Translations under genes and position numbers: made by a program
Notes under the pieces: generated by a model
Database searches by the model: none
What the model saw: only the letters and a program-made list of their open reading frames with translations
Told to the model about the DNA's origin: nothing
In this document: positions 10,218 to 22,128 of the stretch, in pieces
How the letters are laid out: each line of letters begins with the position of its first letter
Numbering within the stretch: the first letter of the stretch is position 1
Source: Eledone cirrhosa
Taxonomy: Eukaryota
Length of the DNA: 64,000 nucleotides
Assembly (NCBI GenBank): GCA_964016885.1
Contig: OZ024754.1
Span: 34,782,001 to 34,846,000 of the forward strand
Direction: 5' to 3'

Positions 10218-13200
10218 TAAAGTGGTAGTATTGGTGTCAATAAAATACACCCTGTACACATTGTAAAGTGGTAGTATTGGTGTCATAATAAAATACACCC
10301 TGTACACATTGTAAAGTGGTAGTATTGGGGTCACAATAAAATACACCCTGTACACATTGTAAAGTGGTAGTATTGGTGTCAATAAAATACACCCTGTACA
10401 CATTGTAAAGTGGTAGTATTGGTGTCACAATAAAATACACCCTGTACACATTGTAAAGTGGTAGTATTGGTGTCACAATAAAATACACCCTGTACACATT
10501 GTAAAGTGGTAGTGGTAGTGCCACAATAAAATACACCCTGTACACATTGTAAAGTGGTAGTATTGGTGTCAATAAAATACACCCTGTACACATTGTAAAG
10601 TGGTAGTATTTGTGTCACAATAAAATACACCCTGTACACATTGTAAAGTGGTAGTATTGGTGTCAATAAAATACACCCTGTACACATTGTAAAGTGGTAG
10701 TGGTAGTGCCACAATAAAATACACCCTGTACACATTGTAAAGTGGTAGTGGTAGTGTCACAATAAAATACACCCTGTACACATTGTAAAGTGGTAGTATT
10801 GGTGTCACAATAAAATACACCCTGTACACATTGTAAAGTGGTAGTATTGGTGTCACAATAAAATACACCCTGTACACATTGTAAAGTGGTAGTGGTAGTG
10901 CCACAATAAAATACACCCTGTACACATTGTAAAGTGGTAGTATTGGTGTCACAATAAAATAACCCTGTACACATTGTAAAGTGGTAGTATTGGTGTCACA
11001 ATAAAATACACCCTGTACACATTGTAAAGTGGTAGTATTGGTGTCAATAAAATACACCCTGTACACATTGTAAAGTGGTAGTGTTGGTGTCACAATAAAA
11101 TACACCCTGTACACATTGTAAAGTGGTAGTATTGGTGTCACAATAAAATACACCCTGTACACATTGTAAAGTGGTAGTATTGGTGTCAATAAAATACACC
11201 CTGTACACATTGTAAAGTGGTAGTATTGGTGTCAATAAAATACACCCTGTACACATTGTAAAGTGGTAGTATTGGTGTCACAATAAAATACACCCTGTAC
11301 ACATCGTAAAGTGGTAGTATTGGTGTCACAATAAAATACACCCTGTACACATTGTAAAGTGGTAGTATTGGTGTCACAATAAAATACACCCTGTACACAT
11401 TGTAAAGTGGTAGTATTGGTGTCAATAAAATACACCCTGTACACATTGTAAAGTGGTAGTATTGGTGTCAATAAAATACACTCAGTACACATTGTAAAGT
11501 GGTATTGGTGTCACAATAAAATACACCCTGTACACATTGTAAAGTGGTAGTATTGGTGTCACAATAAAATACACCCTGTACACATTGTAAAGTGGTAGTG
11601 GTAGTGCCACAATAAAATACACCCTGTACACATTGTAAAGTGGTAGTGGTAGTGTCACAATAAAATACACCCTGTACACATTGTAAAGTGGTAGTGGTAG
11701 TGTCACAATAAAATACACCCTGTACACATTGTAAAGTGGTAGTGGTAGTGCCACAATAAAATACACCCTGTACACATTGTAAAGTGGTAGTGGTAGTGTC
11801 ACAATAAAATACACCCTGTACACATTGTAAAGTGGTAGTATTGGTGTCACAATAAAATACACCCTGTACACATTGTAAAGTGGTAGTATTGGTGTCACAA
11901 TAAAATACACCCTGTACACATTGTAAAGTGGTAGTATTGGTGTCACAATAAAATACACCCTGTACACATTGTAAAGTGGTAGTATTGGTGTCACAATAAA
12001 ATACACTCAGTACTCATTGTAAAGTGGTATTGGTGTCACAATAAAATACACCCTGTACACATTGTAAAGTGGTAGTATTGGTGTCACAATAAAATACACC
12101 CTGTACACATTGTAAAGTGGTAGTATTGGTGTCAATAAAATACACCCTGTACACATTGTAAAGTGGTAGTATTGGTGTCACAATAAAATACACCCTGTAC
12201 ACATTGTAAAGTGGTAGTATTGGTGTCAATAAAATACACCCTGTACACATTGTAAAGTGGTAGTATTGGTGTCACAATAAAATACACCCTGTACACATTG
12301 TAAAGTGGTAGTGGTAGTGCCACAATAAAATACACCCTGTACACATTGTAAAGTGGTAGTGGTAGTGTCACAATAAAATACACCCTGTACACATTGTAAA
12401 GTGGTAGTATTGGTGTCACAATAAAATACACCCTGTACACATTGTAAAGTGGTAGTATTGGTGTCACAATAAAATACACCCTGTACACATTGTAAAGTGG
12501 TAGTATTTGTGTCACAATAAAATACACCCTGTACTCATTGTAAAGTGGTAGTATTTGTGTCACAATAAAATACACCCTGTACACATTGTAAAGTGGTAGT
12601 ATTGGTGTCACAATAAAATACACCCTGTACACATTGTAAAGTGGTAGTATTTGTGTCACAATAAAATACACCCTGTACACATTGTAAAGTGGTAGTATTG
12701 GTGTCACAATAAAATACACCCTGTACACATTGTAAAGTGGTAGTATTGGTGTCACAATAAAATACACCCTGTACACATTGTAAAGTGGTAGTATTGGTGT
12801 CAATAAAATACACCCTGTACACATTGTAAAGTGGTAGTGTTGGTGTCACAATAAAATACACTCAGTACACTCTGTAAAGTGGTAGTATTGGTGTCACAAT
12901 AAAATACACCCTGTACACATTGTAAAGTGGTAGTATTGGTGTCACAATAAAATACACCCTGTACACATTGTAAAGTGGTAGTATTGGTGTCAATAAAATA
13001 CACCATGTACACATTGTAAAGTGGTAGTGTTGGTGTCACAATAAAATACACTCAGTACACTCTGTAAAGTGGTAGTATTGGTGTCACAATAAAATACACC
13101 CTGTACACATTGTAAAGTGGTAGTATTGGTGTCACAATAAAATACACCCTGTACACATTGTAAAGTGGTAGTATTGGTGTCAATAAAATACACCCTGTAC

Positions 13201-15330
13201 ACATTGTAAAGTGGTAGTGTTGGTGTCAATAAAATACACCCTGTACACATTGTAAAGTGGTAGTATTGGTGTCACAATAAAATACACCCTGTGCACATTG
13301 TAAAGTGGTAGTATTGGTGTCACAATAAAATACACCCTGTACACATTGTAAAGTGGTAGTATTGGTGTCAATAAAATACACCCTGTACACATTGTAAAGT
13401 GGTAGTATTGGTGTCACAATAAAATACACCCTGTACACATTGTAAAGTGGTAGTATTGGTGTCACAATAAAATACACCCTGTACACATTGTAAAGTGGTA
13501 GTGGTAGTGCCACAATAAAATACACCCTGTACACATCGTAAAGTGGTAGTATTGGTGTCAATAAAATACACCCTGTACACATTGTAAAGTGGTAGTGGTA
13601 GTGCCACAATAAAATACACCCTGTACACATTGTAAAGTGGTAGTGGTAGTGTCACAATAAAATACACCCTGTACACATTGTAAAGTGGTAGTATTGGTGT
13701 CACAATAAAATACACCCTGTACACATTGTAAAGTGGTAGTATTGGTGTCACAATAAAATACACCCTGTACACATTGTAAAGTGGTAGTGGTAGTGCCACA
13801 ATAAAATACACCCTGTACACATTGTAAAGTGGTAGTATTGGTGTCACAATAAAATAACCCTGTACACATTGTAAAGTGGTAGTATTGGTGTCACAATAAA
13901 ATACACCCTGTACACATTGTAAAGTGGTAGTATTGGTGTCAATAAAATACACCCTGTACACATTGTAAAGTGGTAGTGTTGGTGTCACAATAAAATACAC
14001 CCTGTACACATTGTAAAGTGGTAGTATTGGTGTCACAATAAAATACACCCTGTACACATTGTAAAGTGGTAGTATTGGTGTCAATAAAATACACCCTGTA
14101 CACATTGTAAAGTGGTAGTATTGGTGTCAATAAAATACACCCTGTACACATTGTAAAGTGGTAGTATTGGTGTCACAATAAAATACACCCTGTACACATT
14201 GTAAAGTGGTAGTATTGGTGTCACAATAAAATACACCCTGTACACATTGTAAAGTGGTAGTATTGGTGTCACAATAAAATACACCCTGTACACATTGTAA
14301 AGTGGTAGTATTGGTGTCAATAAAATACACCCTGTACACATTGTAAAGTGGTAGTATTGGTGTCAATAAAATACACCCTGTACACATTGTAAAGTGGTAG
14401 TATTGGTGTCAATAAAATACACCCTGTACACATTGTAAAGTGGTAGTGTTGGTGTCACAATAAAATACACCTTGTACACATTGTAAAGTGGTAGTATTGG
14501 TGTCAATAAAATACACCCTGTACACATTGTAAAGTGGTAGTATTTGTGTCAATAAAATACACCCTGTACACATTGTAAAGTGGTAGTATTGGTGTCAATA
14601 AAATACACCCTGTACACATTGTAAAGTGGTAGTATTGGTGTCACAATAAAATACACCCTGTACACATTGTAAAGTGGTAGTATTGGTGTCACAATAAAAT
14701 ACACCCTGTACACATTGTAAAGTGGTAGTGTTGGTGTCAATAAAATACACCCTGTACACATTGTAAAGTGGTAGTGTTGGTGTCAATAAAATACACCCTG
14801 TACACATTGTAAAGTGGTAGTATTGGTGTCAATAAAATACACCCTGTACACATTGTAAAGTGGTAGTATTGGTGTCACAATAAAATACACCCTGTACACA
14901 TTGTAAAGTGGTAGTATTGGTGTCACAATAAAATACACCCTGTACACATTGTAAAGTGGTAGTATTGGTGTCACAATAAAATACACTCAGTACACATTGT
15001 AAAGTGGTATTGGTGTCACAATAAAATACACCCTGTACACATTGTAAAGTGGTAGTATTGGTGTCACAATAAAATACACCCTGTACACATTGTAAAGTGG
15101 TAGTGGTAGTGCCACAATAAAATACACCCAGTACACTCTGTAAAGTGATAATGCTGGTGCCTCAAGATACACCCAGTACACTGCAAAATCGTTAATGTCA
15201 GAAAATGATTGCAGCCAGAGGAACCATTGCAATAGTTGAGAGGTTTCTTCAATCAAGCACGACAACCTCCCTAGTACTGGAACCACCATAAAATACACTC
15301 AGTACACTCTCTAAAGTGACTGAGATTAGA
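10218..15330. repeat. 48/46-bp satellite array, right part
   Basis: Same unit as 3945-5232, mixed with a 46-bp variant (TGTCAATAAAA); degenerates after ~15125. Confidence 0.98.
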
Positions 15331-17261
15331 AAATACATCCAACTGTAGAAACTATGCCAAAACTGGAATATATGTAAGACGTAACCTTTGGTTTGTCTAA
15401 GAGGACAGTAATGCTTTTTTTTTTTTTTTTACTATGAAGGAGTGAAATCTTGCATTAATTTCAAGTCTTCTTATTAATAACTGTATTGTTTTATTCCAGG
15501 GACTATGTTGAAAAATAAACCTCATTTGGTCATTCCATGAGAGTATCTTGGTCAGCCTATGACCTTTTCAGCTGATCCTCCTATGATGCCACAAAAGAAG
15601 TTAGTCCAACCACTAATGTAAGGAATGTTTTCACAAGCCAGCCATTGATCATCATTCTTTAATGTCCACTTTCTCTGATAGCAAGGGTTGGATAGGTCTA
15701 CATAGACCAAGTCAGTACTGAAGCATGGCTATTGATCTCTCCCAGAAAGGCTGAGGGGTCTGCCTCTTGCTTACGTATGGTCGTTATATTTATCCCGCTG
15801 AGGTTAACTTTCCCTTTCATCTTTACGGGGTCGATAAAATAAAGTACCAGTAATACACTGGCTAATTGCTGGCCTTGTGCCAAAAGTAGAAACAATTATA
15901 TTTAACACGAGCATTAGTCACAGTTAAAACAATATACTCAAATATTGAAAAGGAAGCCATGGAGATTGTATAACATACTTGAAAAACAGGATATTTTCTG
16001 ATTTAAATTGATCTCTTGTCATAAAACACCAGAAATTATTTTTGGGAAAAGGTCTTTCTGATGCCAACCTTTATTTTTTATTTTTTTTATTTTTTAAAGT
16101 AAGCTGCAGATCTTGGTATGTCTAGCTACAAAGCAGTGGGATATCTATTTATGTGAAACATAAACAAACAGCACTACCTGTGATGTCAAATGAGGAATGT
16201 AAAGTAAAAAAAAAAAACAGTCCCCCCCCCCCCCCCCCATATATATATATACCCTTGCAAGCAGGGAAAAGTGGACGTAAAATGAAATGAAAATGAAATG
16301 AAATATATATATATCATCAACATCATTTTACATCTGCTTTTCCTTGCTTGCAAGGGTGGGACGGGTCCTCTTTAGCATAGCATCTCTCCAATATGTCACC
16401 TCTATGAGCTTCAGCAATATTAGGTCAGCTCTCACCACCTCCACTCATGATTTTTGTCGTCTTCCTCTACTGCATCTTCTTCCACTGGGATTTCTTGACA
16501 CTTCTTTACCCAGCGGTCATCCTCCATGTGCATCACATGTTCATACCAATGCAGTCTTCTCTCCCGCACACTACAGTTTCTCTTTCAACTCATCTATGCT
16601 TGGTCGTTCACACACATCCATCAGAGCATGCTTATATATATATATAAATAAATGTAAACTAGCAGAAATACAATGCTCCAGGTAGTTTTCTACTCATCTG
16701 TGTATGTGTGCATTTCATAACATATCTGTCAATGTATACATCATCATCATTGAAGATCTATTTTCCACGCTTGCATGGATTAGATGGGTTGTCCTGTTAT
16801 GAGACAATACAGTCTAGGTGACCAAGTTTTGCTCATACGGATCTGTATTTTGGCTTGGTTTCTACGGCTGGATACCCTTCCTAATGCCAACCACCTTAGT
16901 GTTGACTGGGTGCTTTTTGTTGTAGCACCAACATGACCACTTTTGACATGCAAATGATATAAACATACAATGACATATTTTGCCTTGTGGTTTATTTAAT
17001 TTAATACAACATAAGAAGATAGCATTTATATTTGTTCAATATTTGAATTATTTTATTTTTCAACTCCTTTTACATTACTAGAAATATCAACAGCAGCTGT
17101 AAGAATATTTAAAGACATTTTACTGACAACACACCAAATACATTTGTAAGGAGATGAACATGTTTGAAGAACAGATTCACTTTGGAAGTCACATTTGATA
17201 TGGAAGATGATATGGTCAATTTACAAAGTAGCTTTAGGGCCACATTATTTAATATAGAACA

Positions 17262-17468
17262 TTAACCCTTTACCATTTACATTACTCTATATATACTATT
17301 GCATTTTCGTGGTAAAGGCTTTATCTCACAATCTATGAGATTTTGATGTTATTTATTTTGAGAACAATACCTTAGCATCAGTACGAGTGGCTAGTTACGG
17401 CCAGTTTGAACAGAAAGAGGTGACAGAATTTTGGCCGTATACAACTGGTTTAAAAGCTAAAGTGTTAA
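17262..17468. mobile_element. piggyBac-like TTAA MITE (copies ~21540-21747, 30615-30831, 34957-35210)
   Basis: Termini TTAACCCTTT...AAAGGGTTAA and a shared internal body GTAAAGGCTTTATCTCACA...GAGAACAATACCTTA. Confidence 0.7.
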
Positions 17469-17928
17469 GAGAATTTATAAAGTAAATTTGGATGCCAGAT
17501 TTACTAAGACTGTGACCAAATTTGAAGTAAAGCAAACAGATAAAGTGAGCTTTTGTATGGCATATGGACATATTGGAAATATGCACCCGTTACTTTCAGA
17601 AGGCTTGAAAATATATTCAGGAATGAGATTCATCTCAGACACATGCATCTATATATATATAGAGAGAGAAAGAAAGTTTGGCCAATTCTAACAGCAGCAA
17701 CAGTTTTGACTTATGATTTTTCATTTTTCCTTTAACTTTTTCGTTATCATATTTCTAATGGAAAGCAATACCTATATTTTTCAAATAATTTGGAAAATAA
17801 TCAGGAATTTAAATATGAACACTTTAAAACAAATAGCTTTGTATCATAGAACCAAGGGTGGTGTCAGTTGGCTTAGTACAAAAAGGGTTAAAAGTTTTGG
17901 ATTTCATCAATTTCAGGCTAAATCTTTT

Positions 17929-20900
17929 TCAAGTCCAAGGTTTTTTTGATCTCCAGTCGAGAAAGTCTTTGAAATCGTCTGCTGAAATGTTATCATCGTC
18001 TTCACTATCATCATCACAGTTGTTTTTCTCAGATTTTACCTGCATTAATTTTTCTTTTTGATCTTGTAAATCATTGATTTGGGACCAACGATGTCTGAAA
18101 ATGGATTAAAACAAAAACAATATATATATGTGTATTATATAATTACAAATACAAAAGATGTTTGTATAGATATATATATATGGAAATATATGTATAGATA
18201 TATGTAAGCAAATATTTATGCCTATACACACACGTGTGTGTGTGTGTGTGTAATTGGGAGTTCTTCCAAATGCCAACCACATAAAAAACTATGTATGGGA
18301 GAAATGGAGTTGGGTTTAAAAGAAGAAACTGATGCCATCTATTATTTTACTTACATTTGTTCATCAATTTCATCAATGTTCCTGTCTACATTAGCCTGTT
18401 CATCATCATCTTCAATAATAGCTTCAGATACCTGTCCAAGACATAGATTCAATAACTTTAAAGTTACATCTCAATACAGATGATGAGACTAACAAAGGGA
18501 AAAACACTTAACTCTTTCAGATACCTTTCTGTGCAGCTTAACACAACATACTAAGTGTTCTTCATGACTTAGCATGCTTTATACACACACACATATATAT
18601 ATATATATATATGTATGTATAATATATAGTATGAGAATAAAAGAACAAAGAATCAGTGTTGCATCGTAACATATTACATATGTTTCACTGTCGATCAGCT
18701 CGAGGAACGATCTATTATTGATCGAACCTGACTCTGGTAGGATCACTAATAGATCGTTCCTCGAGCTGATCGACAGTGAAACATATGTAATGTTATGATG
18801 CAACACTGATTCTTTGTTCCTTTATTCTTATACTATTATACGCTGCTCTGCGCGAGCATTGAGTGCTCACCCGGTATACCACCTACGGATGCAATTATCT
18901 TGCACCTATACTCCTGTACAATATATATATATATATATATATATATCACCACCATGACCTTTACAGGGTGGACTGGGTGATTTTTGTCATGTCACCAACA
19001 TGACCACTTTACAGGGTGAACTGGGTGCTTATTTATCATGCCTCCAACACCATAAGGTCATAAGTCAAATTTTCTCTATCCCAAGGTGTCATACAGTAGG
19101 AACAAACCTTGAACCATGTGGCCCATGAAGTAAATTTTCTAACTGCACAGCCATGGAGTGGTGGACATTATCTGCCTAATGGTATCAGAAGTTAGAATAT
19201 AGACTAAATCAATTGTTACATACGTGAGTTTCTTCCTTCATTTGCTTCTGGAATAGTTCCCATTCTTCCTCCATCTTGTCTTTGTACTCCACTTGCCGCA
19301 CCTGTTAGAAATAGTAAAACAGAACAAGCTCAGTCACAATCAGTTTAACATCAACAACAACATCATCATAGTTGGAATACTGGGATGATGGGGTAGTGAT
19401 ACATTGTTGGTGGTGGGATATAGTCCCACATTGTGAAACTTCCTATGAGATGCAACCTCATAGGAGGCCAGCTAAACGTGGACAGGTGTGAGCTGTAACA
19501 ACAACACAATAGAAGTGGAGCCCTTACCATTAAAACACCTGAGAAACCTCCTGTTACAATAGGTGTTTACTGTAAATTTCATTTCAAATGAGGAAGCAAC
19601 CTACCTTAGCATCAATGACAGGATCATCAAAAAATCCTTCAGGTAAGGAATTAGAAATCTTGCTTTCAGCATCAGCCCCAGCATCATCTTTGGTCTCAGT
19701 AGGGGCTTGACCAGAGTCAAAGAAGTCTGAAATTAAATGACGGGAACAAATTTTAATTTCTATTTTAATTGTTAATTCATCATCATTGTTAGACAGCCAC
19801 GACCCTCCTCCACCCAGTGCAGCTTTCAGAATCAGTTGTGCTCCCATGGTCGGGTGATTAACCTTGTATCATCATCATCATTCAACTACAGTAGAACATC
19901 ACAATACTCCTCCACCTACTGCATCTATTGCACTTGACTGTGTTCCAGAAGTGTCATAGTGTGTAGAGCTGACCAGGTCCACCATTGATGGTGGTCCTGT
20001 GCCAGCCCCTCTGAGTCCTCCAAAGTGACGTTGAGCCTCTGGAAATCTTCTTTAATCACCTCCAACCATCTGGTGTGGGGCCTCTTCCAGTTTGCCACTG
20101 CTGCGTTGAATGAGAGTAAGGCCCTGGTAGGATGATCTAGAGGACATATCGGCACCAGTGGATGGCTATGAGGGTCGAGACAGACTTTTTTAAAAAGATA
20201 GATCATAGATTCCATACTTATAAATAAATAAAATACAGGGTGGTGTATATCATCATCATTTAAAATGTATTTTTCCATGCTTGCACAGGTGAGACAGGTT
20301 GTCACATTATGAGACAAATCAGGCCTGGAGATCACATCTTGCTCATACAGATCTGTATATGTTACAAGTAAATGGTTTATCAATGTTAGACAAACAGCAA
20401 GGTTAATGCTGTGACAAAGAAAAGCAACAATAGATTAAAATCTGTTACCTTTTGGCAGGGATGAGGCTGTCACTGATTGAGCATCATCTGTTTTTTCAGG
20501 AGTGGTTGTTGTTGTTGTGGGGTTGGTGATCATTGGCTCACACTGGTCACTGTCTGTTGAATCTTTGTCTGAGCCAGCATCATCGGATGATTCACCATCA
20601 ATAGGGAAACTTGTACTGTTTGGTAGATGTCAGAAAAGTACAGACAAGAAAAGTCAAGTTAGTCATATAATTATACGTTGCACAGGTGATGCTCCAGTAT
20701 GGCCACAGCCATGGAGCGGGAAACAGGTAAAAGAGGAAGTTTAATGGAAAAAAAAAAGAAAAATAGAGTTTAACCCTTTTGTTACATCACCATTCTCATC
20801 ATTTTACATCCTTGCTGACATAAGTTGGATGTGTTGCTACTGTTTGAAATTAGGCTGGTTGGGAAATTACGTCTTAACTCTTTACATTCCATATTTATCA

Positions 20901-22092
20901 TGGTTTCTACTGCTCGATACTCTTCTTAAAGCTATCCACTTTACAGAGTGTACTGGGTGCATTTTATCATGATTCCAGCACTACCACTTTACAATATTTC
21001 TTATGAAAAACGCTGCCTATAATTTTCAAATCGTTTTGAAAATAATCAAGAATTTGGACACATTTAGTAAAATAATGGCAGAAGGTTATTAGATAAATAT
21101 AACCACTTTAAAACAGTTTGGTACCATGGAACCAGGAGTGATTTCAGGTGGTTTGGTACCAAAAGAGTTAACACCAACACTAAAAGATTCAATCTTCGTT
21201 TTTAAACTATCCAGTAGTGATATAAAAAAGAATAATGTTTGTAATCAAAACATAAAACTTACTTTGAAGTATTTGCCTTCAAACTATTCTTCAAAATTGA
21301 AGCTAAAAAAAAATCAAGACAAAAGCTGTCATGTTAACTCAGAAAAACAGAAGTCAAAGAAAAAAAATTGTTACCAAAAATATAGGTTTACCTTCTCTTA
21401 TAAAAATGGAGAGGCAATAATATATTATTATATCACAATAACTATGTTAAAGTGATGAATAACTGACTGTATAACCAGGAGTTGAAACTTTAACTGTCAG
21501 AGCTGCTGCTATATTGTACCTAACAATAATTATATCTTAGTTTAACTCTGTTACTTCTTCTATACTCTTAATTACTGTTACAACAATACAGAATTCTGTG
21601 GTTATAATCAGCTGCTCATACTGACATTAAGGTATTGTTCTCAAAATAAATATCAAATTCTCATAGATTCAATATTATGTGAGATAAAGCCTTTACTGTG
21701 AAAATACAATAGTAAAATACAGAGTAATGTAAATGCTAAAAGGTTAAGGCCATTTCCCTGCTAAAGCAGGAGTTAGCTTTTCAGACTCCATGACAGATTT
21801 CATACCTATCAGGGGGTCATAATTTACAATCAGGTACCCTTCCAAATGATAAATGTTTTAGTCAGTGGCCATAACACCCATCCAGCTGCTAAAAACAAAA
21901 CAAAGTAAAGAAAAAGCAACACCCTTCTAGCATAGAAAACTGACTGATGTAACAAATGCATTAATAATATAAAATTGTCAAACCTCTTGGTTTTTTGTTG
22001 TCATGTTCAACATCTTTCTCAGCTAACTTTCTTTTCAAAAGATTAATGTGTTGCAAATCTTGCTGGTTTGTATTCTGAGAAACAAGATTCTG

Positions 22093-22128
<36 letters not shown>

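Larger units (their letters stand above)
5233..10218 (+). mobile_element. Full-length CR1-clade non-LTR retrotransposon (LINE), both ORFs intact
   Basis: ~830-bp 5' UTR, ORF1, ORF2 (APE+RT), short 3' UTR and (ATT)n tail. It interrupts a satellite unit between ...TGTACACA and TAAAGTGG... Confidence 0.93.

Noticed and set aside
4173-15298. Many minus-strand ORFs with (YNVYRVYFIVTPILPL)n
   Set aside because: Artefacts of a stop-free 48-bp satellite frame, broken by 46-bp variants.
3945-15330. CRISPR-like array flanking a reverse transcriptase
   Set aside because: The units are contiguous with no unique spacers, there are no cas genes, the context is eukaryotic, and the RT is a LINE ORF2.
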